DNA from: Eukaryota sp. TZLM1-RC
Taxonomy: Eukaryota > Protista > Metamonada: BaSk clade
Direction: 5' to 3'
DNA: 64,000 nucleotides
Assembly: GCA_040285825.1 (NCBI GenBank)
Contig: JAUPSS010000002.1
Location: 1,240,001 to 1,304,000 of the forward strand
The position numbers and the translations under genes are program-made. The notes beneath the pieces are model-generated. The model saw only the letters and a program-made list of their open reading frames with translations. It ran no database searches and was not told where the DNA came from. Shown one piece after another: positions 14,112 to 25,970 of the stretch. Every line of letters starts with the position of its first letter. Positions within the stretch are counted from its first letter, which is position 1.

Positions 14112-14855
14112 CTACACATCGTGTAAACAGGGAATTAGTGAGACAGAGGGAAACTTGTCTGGAAATTTAACAAAACTAGGAGGAGGAATCAACTGGGCAC
14201 TGATCTTCTCTGTGCCAACTTCCAAGAAAGGAGACGTCAACTGCCGCGTGGTGAGACCAGAAGCTAAACTTCTCAGTTGAAGGTGAAGTAATAAAGAAAT
14301 GAAGATGAAATGTAGAATGAGTAAACCAGTAAATGGTATACCAAAAGATTTTTTCATAAAAAGAACATTTGATAGAATAATTACTAATATGAAAACAAGA
14401 GCAAACCAAGAAAAAATAATGAAAAATAAAAAAGAAAACCGATTTCTAGCAGCGATTTCACATTTCAAAAAGCCACAATAGTGATCGTGATTTAGCAAAC
14501 AAGTGTCCAGATGTTTTGAATGGTAAGAATGTGGTGGTGTGTATACCTGACACTTATAGCAGTAACAGAAAACAGACGGATTATTGTGATAAACAACAGA
14601 TATTTGAGCTGGTAAAGGTTCGCTCAATCCAAAATTACTGGGTGCCAAACAGTTAAGGTGACCTATCTTTCCAGGGTCGACAACAACACAATGTAGAAAT
14701 GCTACTGTGGCAAAGAAGGCACAAGATATAAAAAAAATAGTGGGAATGTGATCTTTTGGAGTGAACCTAACAAAAACAGCAACAACATCTAGAAATGTAA
14801 GTGAAACAAGAAAGTTAAAGAGTGGTAATACTCGTAACATCAGATTACCAAACAT
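14112..14855 (-). CDS. DHHC-family palmitoyl acyltransferase (DHYC variant)
   Basis: TM segments, a DPG motif, and Cys-rich domain CYKC..PPHSYHS...C...HDHYC.F...I..RN..F followed by two TM helices. The 5' end is uncertain. Confidence 0.85.
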   Translation of the reverse strand: MFGNLMLRVLPLFNFLVSLTFLDVVAVFVRFTPKDHIPTIFFISCAFFATVAFLHCVVVDPGKIGHLNCLAPSNFGLSEPLPAQISVVYHNNPSVFCYCYKCQVYTPPHSYHSKHLDTCLLNHDHYCGFLKCEIAARNRFSFLFFIIFSWFALVFILVIILSNVLFMKKSFGIPFTGLLILHFIFISLLLHLQLRSLASGLTTRQLTSPFLEVGTEKISAQLIPPPSFVKFPDKFPSVSLIPCLHDV

Positions 14856-14928
14856 GGACTCCGTTCATCTGAAAAAATGTGATTGATTCATCACATTTTC
14901 ACTATCCAACTCAGAACGAACTCTAATC

Positions 14929-15370
14929 ATGGTTTGTCTTTTAATCGGCACTCTAAATGTAGTCTATGTCTGGTATTTCCATCGATCCTAAATGTACAAC
15001 ATTGTACGAGGAACTCAAACTTCGCAAGAAGCACAGATTCCTCATCTTCCGTATGGATCCCACCTATAAAAACGTTGTTGAAGAGTTCGTTGCCGATCGT
15101 GATGCTAATTATGACGACTTCGTCACCAAATTGCCAGAAAATGATTCTAGATACGCCGTTTTCGATTTCGAGTTTGAAACCTCAGAAGGACGTAGAAACA
15201 AGTTACTGTTTTTCATGTGGTCACCTGAAACTTCCCCCGTGAAGTCCAAGATGCTTTACGCTGCCACTAAGGATGCTGTCAAGAGAAACTTCCAAGGTAT
15301 TGCCCAGGAAATTCAAGCAACTGATTTGAGTGAGATCGACTATGATACCGTTCTCAATCGCTTCCTCTAA
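14929..15370 (+). CDS. COF1: Actin-depolymerizing factor/cofilin. Probable exon 1 is the ATG (14929-14931), intron 14932-14962
   Basis: ADF-H fold motifs (SGI, RYAVFDF, WSPE..PVKSKMLYA). A 31-nt GTTTGT..CTAAATGTAG intron directly after an ATG keeps frame. Alternatively the gene starts at 14966. Confidence 0.95.
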
Positions 15371-15702
15371 TTTATGTGTATTTTGTAGTAAACGTTACTT
15401 GTAGTTGTTGTTTTAGCCAAGTATTAAGTGCACCTTTCCTCAACTCCAGTTGTATACTGAATAATATTATTGTATCAAAATTACATATATCAGTTAGTTT
15501 GCATCAGCTTTAACGACTATTTGTTATGCTTAGGTTCATTAGATGAACGTGATTGAAATATATTGCTATATATTACATTCTTTAAGTATCATAAGGCTAG
15601 TCCACATTTGCTGAAAAGTCCGAAAATCATGCCCATATCGGCAAATTCTACCACGCTAATAATCTACATTTTATTGAATGGATAAAACTGATACAATTTT
15701 CA

Positions 15703-16332
15703 CTATACAATTTGAGATAGAAACTCATCAAACTTGTGAACAGCATTATCATCATTGACAGTGGACGAATTTTTGGGCAACTGCAAATTCTTGAAGGAAA
15801 TGGAACATACCAAATCAGTAAAAGGGGATAATGAGTGATGCTTAACGATGGTACATTGTATCCTCATTAATTCAAGAACACTGCACACATATTCCAACAG
15901 TAAGACAACTGGTTGATGAAGGGGAATATTGGAAAGCTCTCTTACTCCTACACGCAAAGAACGGTACAAAGAAACATTTAAATCACCAATATCAAACGAC
16001 AGAAACATATTGATAAACGTGATGGTCATGATTTGAAGAGATTCTGGAGAATAACATTCAGGAGATGAGATTGGTGCCAAAACTTTATCGCAAAAGTAGT
16101 CATAGGAGTAATGTCCACCGTTTGTAAACAGAAAGGCAAGTACTTCTCCTATTTTTCGTACAGCAAAAGGAACTACTTCATCGTCTGAGAACTGTACTAA
16201 GATAATGATATCATTCGAAGAGAGCTCTGTTATTCGTCGTAGCACGTCGACATACTTGGTGAAAGCTGAACTAAAAGGTGACTGAGATTAAGTCAACACA
16301 TATATACTTACCCCCGGTGCGATTCTGGGCAT
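15703..16332 (-). CDS. Hypothetical protein with a candidate 30-nt intron (16282-16311); may be a gene fragment
   Basis: 180-aa ORF. Removing GTAAGT..TTAATCTCAG joins it in frame to MPRIAPG upstream. No recognisable domain. Confidence 0.4.
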
Positions 16333-16916
16333 GGATGATATTTGTAAGATGTGTTATGATGTTGAACTCATGAGTCTGTTGAGATAAAGTGACATAGTTG
16401 TCAGATGTCACAAAACAGATTAATTATCGATAGATTGGCAATGACATTGTGAAATTCATCAGCAAACTGATCCACAATACGTAGACATGCCGCTAACGAA
16501 TAGAATACGCAAAAATGAAACACATAATGAACACTGATTGAAAAGTGAGGTCCTTGCATTGGACTCAACAAGACCAAAAGATTTCCTTCTTCAACCTAAG
16601 TTCACCGTAAATTAAATATCAAATGCAAAATAAGTTAAGTAATTAAACATAAGATGATCATTGATCAATATTGAATTTGAAAAAGAACTAACACACTTGG
16701 AGATATCGATGTTGATCAATACCACCCACAAGCGCCTCGTTCAATTTAAATACAAAAAATGTTGAGCAAAACAATATTATGAATGTTTAGTTCAATAGCT
16801 CACTTAAGGGAACACTGTAATTCCTATCTACTGTACAGCACAACAGTCACCAACATGAGGTAAGAGTAAGGAAGTGGACGGAATTTGCCCTTTTCTTTCC
16901 TTTTTCCTTGATTGTT

Positions 16917-17368
16917 ATGAATAGTGTCCAATCTTTTGGTAGAAAGGTATTGATCATTGTGTCTTTTGATCCCAGAAGACTGCAGTCGCAGTTGCTCACT
17001 GTAAGCAAGGCGCTGGTATGATCCGTGTCAATGGTACTCCATTGGAGCTTGTCAAGCCAGAAATCCTTCGTCTAAAGGTCATGGAACCTATTACCCTCCT
17101 TGGAGCCGAACGATTTGCTGAAGTTGATATCCGTGTCCGCGTCCGTGGAGGTGGTTACACTTCTCAGATTTACGCCATCCGTCAAGCTATCTCTCGCGCC
17201 ATTGTTGCATATACTCAAAAGTTTGTTGACGAACAAACAAAGCGTGAAATCAAGCAAGTCCTCACCACCTATGACCGTTCTCTTCTGGTCGCTGATCCCC
17301 GTCGCTGTGAATCTAAGAAGTTCGGTGGTCCAGGTGCTCGTGGTCGTTACCAAAAATCTTATCGTTAA
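16917..17368 (+). CDS. RPS16: 40S ribosomal protein S16 (uS9), 29-nt intron at 16947-16975
   Basis: Spliced product [10 protein letters not shown]|[49 protein letters not shown]. Confidence 0.98.
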
Positions 17369-17786
17369 GTACAACAGCTTATTAGTTTTGATCTTTTTCT
17401 TCCTTCTTCATCATGTACAAGTCAGTCTATCGATGGAATAATAAACAAGTTCAGAGATGATTCGATATCTATCTTTTATTACTCACCATGTATCCTCACC
17501 AGTTGAACATTGAATTTAATCAAATAGTGGTATGGAATAATGTCATATTCATCACAGTCTTCTGTCATCACACAAATTTGCGCATAGCATTCAACAATTG
17601 ACTGTAAAAATCCAGATACAAGCAGGGGACAATCCAGATACCAGCAGCTATTTCCCTGTTCTTGTCAGGGTCTGCTTGTATCAGAATGCAACTCAAAGTT
17701 GATTACTATGCAATTGTAAATCATTATCTTTATAAACTTCAGAAAAAAGTACTAATTGAAAATCTTTTGTTATTCCAATACTAACG

Positions 17787-18280
17787 TGATGTATACGGTG
17801 ATTGGATTGATAATTCTGAAGCTGTTGTTGACTTTGTCTCATGTAATGTTGCAAATGATACTTTGGTTCACAAAAGAAAACTTAATCCCGTGAGTGCTCT
17901 TGATTTTAAAGCAAAAGAAAAACATAGAAAATATGATAAAGATATTGAAGAGGCTAATGCTGATAGAAATACACAGCTAGTTTTAATTGCTTTCCCATTT
18001 TCGATAAATGGAAGATTATCAGATGAAGCAGAAACTTTTTTGAATGACTTCCAAAAAATGGTTCAAGAAAAAACAATGAAAAGATTTGATATTTTTTATG
18101 GCGTTCACGGATTCAATTTGCCATTATTAATAGATTACCTCGGTTTTTCAATCGAATAAGAGAAGCTTTAGCTAGACAGCAAGCAGATGAAGATTTTGTG
18201 GAGGAAATCTTGGTTCAATGATAGTCGTCCCATTGGTTATGAGTTGATTTAATTCAGTGTGCAAATTCAATAAATACGAG
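17787..18280 (+). mobile_element. 5'-truncated CRE-like non-LTR retrotransposon copy (family C1; RLE C-terminus plus 3' UTR)
   Basis: Near-identical to the 3' end of the element at 59547-60914. Ends near AATAAA. Flanked by direct repeat ATACTAACG (17778-17786 and 18281-18289), a probable TSD. Confidence 0.85.
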
Positions 18281-18349
18281 ATACTAACGAACAAGAGTTT
18301 TTGGCAACGAAAATATCAACTTAATTGATAGAGTTAAAATTAAATTAAA

Positions 18350-18690
18350 GTCAAATTTATTATCTTATAGATGATACCACATTTTCTTGTACAATGCGCC
18401 TTCGATGTTTTATTTGGCCCAACAACGTGTCCAATAAGTTGATTTGCAAATGTGGATCAAAAATTTCTCCAAATCTTCTGTTTAATTGTATTTTTTCCCT
18501 ACATGGCACGCTTGGATCACTTGCTTTATCTTTCCTGAATGATTTTGTTGAAATTGTAAAACAATGTACAGGAAGAACTTTTGACAAAATGTTTTGGAAC
18601 AACAGAATTGTAATTTCAATTTTTAAAGGTGTTGTCTCCTTATTATCTTCTGCTTCATTATCTCTTGTGTTGCCGTTAGGCATATATGCT
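18350..18690 (+). mobile_element. Internally deleted CRE-like non-LTR fragment
   Basis: MRLRCFIWP..LICKCG and FWNNRIVISIFKG match the RLE region at 61352-62239. Confidence 0.7.
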
Positions 18691-18709
18691 AGCTGTGAGT
18701 TATGTGTTA

Positions 18710-19423
18710 TGTAAAGCGGGTTAGGATAAAGATAATTCTATTAAATACTATTCTATATAAATATACTAAGGTATTCACTAGTGAGATACCTACACTACCT
18801 TCTCCCGTTTTCTTAATTAAAATTATTGACAGTTGTTTTTCCGCTTCCTTTGCGGAAATGGTTTTGCTGAGGCACGGGTAGAGTCCGAGCTGCGTTATTG
18901 GATTTAATAGATTTACGTTTTCTTTTATTATGTTTCTTATTAAATCGCTGATACGCTTCTGAGTTTCTGCTTCAATTGAGTGTTTCCTTGGTAGTATCTC
19001 CACCAAACCATCTTACCATACAGGACGGTCATTGATCAGTAATATAATCGTCAAGGGTTTCTTTGATGACATGTCTACCTGAATCAGTAGCTGCGATTGC
19101 CCTAAATAGATCAACATTGTTAGGATCGTTAGCGTTATAAATTTTACAGTCCCTCTTAGAATCCTTTGTTTGTTCACCAGTCGTCAGGTTCTTTATTAAT
19201 AAAGTGGAGTTGGAAGGGGTTCTAAAACCAGATATGGGCTTAATCAAGATCCCTGTAATATATTAGGTTGTTTTGTCTTTCAAAAAATACAGTCACCAAT
19301 ATTAAATGTGTATCCATTAGTGTTGTTCACATTACTGGTGTGATCAATAGTTGATGATGCTCTGCTTTTTCCTTTTCTTTTGAAGATGATCGTTCGTAAC
19401 TTTGATGTCTTACAAAAGTGGTA
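18710..19423 (-). mobile_element. 3' part (integrase C-terminus, PPT, candidate short LTR ~18710-18794) of an old Gypsy element interrupted by the family A copy
   Basis: PSNSTLLIKNLTTGE..FRAIAATDSG is homologous to the family A integrase C-terminus. PPT GGAGAAGGTAG is followed by TGTA..TACA. Confidence 0.7.
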
Positions 19424-19613
19424 TGTTGCCTGTGGGCTAGAGTCAGACATATATGTGAACAGATAGTAATTTTATTACGACGAGAAATGAGCTATAGTGA
19501 ATTTCAATACCATCACTAGTGAGGTCTCCATGAATAAACAATGAACATTAAGCTAATAAACAAGAATAAATAGATAAGTCTATCTACACTCTAGAATAGT
19601 GTAAAGACTAACA
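19424..19613 (-). repeat. 3' LTR, 190 bp
   Basis: Identical to 25781-25970. Confidence 0.95.
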
Positions 19614-22600
19614 CTACTTTTTCCTTTCCTTTCGACGGTCTTTTCTAGCTCTTCTACGAGGTTGTTTACGAGTAGGTTGACTAGTAGGAGGTCGTGACTT
19701 ATTAGTCTGGAGGAAGGCTTGGTAGGCCTTGGTGTTCTTAATGCGGTCGACAGGCTCAGTGCCTCGTACATCTCCAGCGTATACGACTTGACACTCGTTG
19801 CCATCCTGGTTGAGAACTTCTAATAGAAGATGTTCCTCAGTATCACCTGAGGCCACGATACGATGAAACTCATCATCAGTGGGTTTGTCAGAATGGTACA
19901 ATTCGCATTGTGAAATGCTAGCCTTAGATTCGACACCTGTGATTAAATTCTTTAATAATAAAGTTAATTTACTAGGTTTGTCGATGACCAGATATGGGCC
20001 CAGATAATTCCCATGTAATTTGGAGGTACTAGATGATTTGAGGATTAAACATCCAACTTCGAATAGCAGGTTACTCGTACTTGGCTTCTCCTCCGGCGAT
20101 TTCGATGTTTGGGTGATTTCCGCTTTTTCTCGTTTTTCTTTCAATCGATTAAATTTAGATTGGATATCCAGAATGAAAGGAACCTCAGTGGTAGCCTTTT
20201 CGATGGTGGAGAAAATTGATAAAGGGTCAGCTCTGGGACTGACGTCTGACCCAAACATAAGCTCGAATGGACTGAAACCTGTGACAGAGCTCTTAGACGA
20301 ATTCGTTAAGAGTTGTACGTAAGGTACGTATTCTGACCAGTTGTCATAGGCGTTAAAATCGATTAGGAGCTTCCTAAGATTTTGTAAAATAACTCTATGA
20401 CGTAGTTCAACTAGGCCATTTGATTGACTGAAATTTGGAATACTGTTCGTCATGTTGATAGACAGGAATTCGCACAGTGATTTAAACACGTTGTTGGCGA
20501 ATTCTGGGCCATTGTCACTGTGAATGCTGTAAGGTATACCGAAGATTGCGCACACACTCCAAATCAAAGCGTCGGCTGTCAGCCTTGCGTTTAATTCTTT
20601 GAGGGGCACGAGGATTGTATGCCGAGTGAAACTGTCCACGAAAACTAAGATGTATTTATTGGCCTCTTGATCTGGAGGAAGAGGACCAATGGTATCCACG
20701 TTCAATCTCGCGAAGGGTTTGTCAGCCCAGAGAGATCCGGTGGAAGGAGTGATAGATTTGGGGACAGGTGCCGTTTTCTGACATGATGGACAAGAACGCA
20801 CGTGGTTTTTCATATCATCAGTCATACTGGGCCAGTAGTAGTCGCTAGAGGATAGCCTGCGTAAACTCTCAGACATACTAGGATGACCGCCTGATACATA
20901 ATTATGTATGATCAAGAGCGTGTCGTTGATGAGTGATGACTGGATGATGATCTTGCCTGATTCGTTAACGTAGAGGTCAAGATGATTGACGGAACAGTTA
21001 TTAAATGAACGTTCGTGAGCTGCAACAGCTTGTCTTTGCTCTGAACGGATTCTACTCAACCAAGGATCGAACATGGGGATTGCAGATGCACATTTCTCTT
21101 TTAGAATGAGGATTTTGTGGGTATCCCGAAGGTCGTCTGGGTCTGGAAGAGCGGAGTTGTCTGATGTATCATAGTTTCTGATATAATAGATTGGGTGAAA
21201 CGGTTCATAGGTGGTCTCGCTCGCTGATGAACGAGTGTTGCCTGTGTTGATTGTGTTTATGCGTACAGGATCGGTGGTTGGGACCTGTCTGGATAGCATG
21301 TCTGCCCAGTATTTGTCTTCCCCCGAGGTGTGTACCAACTCGAAGTCGAACTCACTGAGTATTGGTAACCAACGTGTGACAATTCGATTCTTATCAGGGG
21401 CTGTTACTAGATATGAGATGTTTCTGTGATCTGTCAATATCGTGAGCTTCCTGCTTTTGAGGTAACTCTCGATGCATGATTCTGTTAGGATGAGAAGTAT
21501 AGCCTAAAGCTCTTTCTGCATCGTTGACCAATTCTTTTGGGAATTGGAGAGAATCCTGCTGAAGAAACTGATAGGTCTGACCTTTCGGTCAATGAGAGGA
21601 GTGCCATTGTGTTCACAAGGATCATATTCTTCCAAGATGACGCCGCCAATAGCAATGTCTGATGCGTCACAACTAATAAGGACACGGTTATCTGTTGGGG
21701 GTAAACTCAATGGCATATTCTCTTGTACGAGTTGCTTGATCTTGTTGAAACGGCGTTCATGATCTGACGTCCACTCGATACGGCGGGGGTTTCCTCTAGT
21801 AAGCTCGTTGATAGGAGATATGATTTCGGATACCGAAGGCAGCCAGTCTCTAATGTAGTTGATGGATCCTACAAAACTTCTGATGTCTTTCGCTGTCTTG
21901 GGAGCTGGAAGCTCGACCAATCCAGTTAGTCGTGAGGGATCAATTTGGCGTGTACCATTGACGAAGATACTACCAAGAATCTTGATTTCATGATCTTTAG
22001 ACTTGAAATGGCATTTTGGTAGGCCAAGGCTGACCCGCTTCTCTTTAGCGCGGAAGAGGACGGCTTTGAGCCTGTCGATGAATTGAGGAAGGGTAATACA
22101 TATGATAATGATATCGTCGATGTAGATAAACACGCCTTCGATGCTCAAGATGTTGGACATTACGTTTTGAAACACTGCGGGGGACGTTCTTGAGACAGAA
22201 ACATGCCCTGTTGAAGCTGATACTGCGACCAGGAATGCTGAGGGTGGTTTTCTCGATGTCTCTTTCGTTGATCTTGAGTTGCCAAAATGCTTTTGGGAGA
22301 TCAAGTGTTCCAATGTAATTGGCTTGAAATTAGAACTCTAATACATCAGAGATCTTTGGAAGGTTTGGAGCGATAGGGATAGTGTTCGCATTGACTCCAT
22401 TCGGACCACTGAAGTCGCCTGTAAGACGTGGTTTCCGATGATCAGGATAAACTACAAGGACGACTGGGGACCTGAATCTACCGTTGGATTCTGTGGCGAA
22501 ACCAGATTCGATTAACTCATCGAAGATTTGGTTGACGATTTTGAGTCGTTCAGGGTTTAACCTGCGAGGTGGACGATAAACAACAGTGTCTTCATCGTAA

Positions 22601-25600
22601 AAATCGATGTCCATGGGGTTACAGTCGATGCCGTCTTCATGGAGTTTCTACGTGAAAACATCTTTGAACTCTTCAAGAGTTGCGAGGAGCTGTTGATTTT
22701 CTGATTGATTGTTGAGCTTTATTTGACAACCTGACGAGTTGACGTGATCTTTGAATGTTTTTGACACCTTGAGGTCAGATATCTGTAAAATTCTGTGGTC
22801 AAACTCAGATTCAGGTAACATTAGTGTTCTGTGAAGCTCATCGAGATGAATGTATACCCTGTCGTTGTTCATGAGGCCGAGTTCATATAGGATATTTATT
22901 CCTATAATTAGAATGTTGTTGCCTGGAACGATTGGTAACGATTTGGTAAGATGCACAACTTTGGCAATGCAGCCGACGTTGAAGGATAGGATTCCTTTGG
23001 CATTGCCGTCAGAGTTTGATGGTTCTCCGTTAACACCAATGAATTTGACAGATTCAGTGCAGTGTTCCATCTTGCATTTTGTCGATAGGTCTTTCGAGAT
23101 GACGGATATGGATGCTCCGCTATCAATAAGACCAGATACCTCTATGTTATTAATCTGCAACCAGAGTTCAATAAACTTGGGACAATTAATAGATTTATTG
23201 GCACAAACAGAAGACAAACTAAAAATTCTATTGGTATGCGAAGATTCAGGGTCACATGTGCTCAAAGGATTTAAGAGGCGTTTGGGAGGAGAATGTGATG
23301 ATGTTGTAAGTGATTGTTTGGGAGAGTCGGTAGTATGAACTGAAGATGGATTGACGTTGGTAGACTGTGGATTCTTGATGTTAATTGTATTGATCCTGTA
23401 GCTACGAGAACGTTTATTATCACTACTACTATAACTATCCAAACTACGGCGCTTATTCTTAGGAATTGCAGATCTCTTGCAATGTGGATGTAGGCATTCC
23501 TTGACTGAATGACCTGGCTCTTTGCAAAATCCACAGATGTCAGAAGGGGACGCAGCAGATTTATCGTCTTTGGCAGAGCGTTTCTTTAGATTTTTGACTC
23601 TGCGTCTGAGCTGCTCCTTGTTGGTCGATACTTGTTCGACATAATCATAAGTGTCGATAAGCTTTTGGTCTTGGGGATGGGGTCTCCCACCGAACATAGG
23701 ACCTTGAGCTCCTGGACCAGTGAAGTTTCTGACGGATTTCCGAGCTCGCTTTTGTTCCTCGAAAGTTCTGGTATTACACCAGTTGTTATAAAACTTAGAG
23801 AGAACATCGATGAAATCACTTAGACGGCGTTTAATGTAAACAGAAGAGTACGTCCAAAGATTGAAGAGCTCGTTGAAGAGAGGGTCAATTCCGAGGTTGT
23901 CGAGAATAGAGAACGCAATGTCCCATTCTTCTTGCTTGATTACCTCTTGATGGGGTTGGAAGCGATCGATAGCTAGCGTATCTCTTATCCCCATTGATTG
24001 ATTGACGACAAAGCCCACCTGCGATATATATTTAATCCATCTACTCTGGTAATTGGAGATATTCCAGTCCATTTTGACTTGGGATAATGTGAGTTTGGCA
24101 GTGGCCAGATTTGGAAACTGGGAAGCGAAGAGAATGTTCTCCCACAGTTCTTCATCGTTGATTTGATGGAGTTGGAGACCGGGCCTTGTATCACCTGCAG
24201 CCATGGCAAGGGTAGATATGACATCGGTGTCAACGCAAGAGCTGATGCCAGCTGGATTGATTTTAGCGCCAGCTCTGAAAATGTCCCACTCGTGGGCTGG
24301 CTCATCGTATCGTTGATTTAACGGAATGTAGTTGGGATGATGAGTAGCACGGAGAGTACAGGCTCTGTGAGCTTCTGTAAGTTGTGTGAGACGTGCAATT
24401 TCATTAGTTAGAGCGACTTCGCGAGGGTTGGTGGGGTCACATTTGAAATCTTGAGAGATTCTATCATTGTACGCCCAAGAGATGAAGTCATTAATGAATG
24501 CAATGACCTTGCCAGTACTGGTAATCATGTCCTTCTTGAGACGAGGGCGATTACGATCTGATTGAAGTTTCTTGGCTCGATTGTCATATAAACTACGAGA
24601 CGCTTTTGGACATAGCCGCAAGAACAGCGTTAGTGGTAGTAGTGGCGTTTTGAGGAGGGAGACTAGCGCCATAGACTGTTTTTCCGCTGTCTGATGCTTT
24701 AGTCTGACGCATCCTGTCTACTTGTTCCATGGGTTTATCATATCCAGTGTGACCTGGAACACCATCAAAAGTAAAATCAACTTATTGTCCATCTCTGGTG
24801 ATTTTAGGGAAACAGCGAGAGGGGCTGTCCCTGATTTTGGTGGTGGACTGTGATGTTTTAGGAATACTAAGAGAGTCGAAATCCACCGCGTTAGATGGGA
24901 GAAGGATGGGAGGAGAAGTGTCGAGATCCGAAACGGACAAATCTCCAGAGAGGGGTTTGGGAATGGAGGGATCAGGAGAGAGAACTTGACTCCTGGGTAC
25001 CCAGAAAACGCATGGGTTACCGTCTTCATCCTCACCGTGAACAGCCACTTTCTCTTGACGAGAAGGTGTGGGAGTGATTTCGGGATTAGCTGGGAGACTT
25101 CTGAGAGTAGGAGGGTTATCCAACGAGTTCCATACTCTTGAGAGCTCCTGACCGTAAGCACTACGAGCGGCGAAAACTTGGCCTGGATTAAATTCCACTG
25201 CTGATTCCCTGTCCAGACGGAATGGATAGAAATCCATAAGACAACCCGGGTCTGGATGAGTCAATGGATCATAGGGTTGGGGCATCAGCAAGAACTTAAA
25301 GTTGTCCCCATCCTCTTCAACCGAAGGAATCCGAGGAGGAGACTCGTTTAGGAACATCTGAATCATGAACTGTTCAAAGTGGTCCTTAGGAGCAGGAGTA
25401 GCAAGTTCTGCCTTTAAGGCGACTAGATCCAGGAAGTCCCATAGTTTTAAATCTTTACGGAATTTCTCCAAGGTATACTGCCACTTAGATTGAGTAGGAG
25501 TAGATACCTTGGGAGAAAGAAAGGAGGAATGAACCTGACCAGTAGAATCTTTCGACTCCTTGGAAGCCGTAGAGGTAGACTCCTCTTTCGAGGTGTCTGC

Positions 25601-25780
25601 GTTGGCTTCTTCGGGAGAAGAAGAATCCTTGGCAGGAGTAGGAGGGTCCCATTCTGAATCCTGAGGATTGTTGGCGAGATGGGAGTCGGAATCCCTACGG
25701 CCGAGATTGGTTCCACCCGGAGGTGAGGCTGCATCCAGAGGAGCCTGTTGTTCGTTAGCCGAAGAACGGCCAATAATTAT

Positions 25781-25970
25781 TGTTGCCTGTGGGCTAGAGT
25801 CAGACATATATGTGAACAGATAGTAATTTTATTACGACGAGAAATGAGCTATAGTGAATTTCAATACCATCACTAGTGAGGTCTCCATGAATAAACAATG
25901 AACATTAAGCTAATAAACAAGAATAAATAGATAAGTCTATCTACACTCTAGAATAGTGTAAAGACTAACA
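25781..25970 (-). repeat. 5' LTR, 190 bp
   Basis: Identical to 19424-19613. Confidence 0.95.

Larger units (their letters stand above)
19424..25970 (-). mobile_element. Full-length but defective Ty3/Gypsy LTR retrotransposon (family A), 6547 bp
   Basis: Identical 190-bp LTRs (19424-19613, 25781-25970; TGTT..AACA) and a 4-bp TSD GGTA. Gag with CX2CX4HX4C knuckle (CGFCKEPGHSVKEC), then PR, RT, RH, IN. Several stops and frameshifts. Confidence 0.96.

Noticed and set aside
17605-17700. Short direct and inverted repeats (ATCCAGATAC.AGCAG / CTGCTTGTATC)
   Set aside because: Possibly a MITE end, but no matching second terminus or TSD could be found.
24673-24782. Separate ORF1 or programmed frameshift between the 341-aa and 674-aa ORFs
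   Set aside because: The frame continues past one TAA and is restored by removing one A near 24605. Family B has the equivalent region in a single frame, so decay is the simpler explanation.
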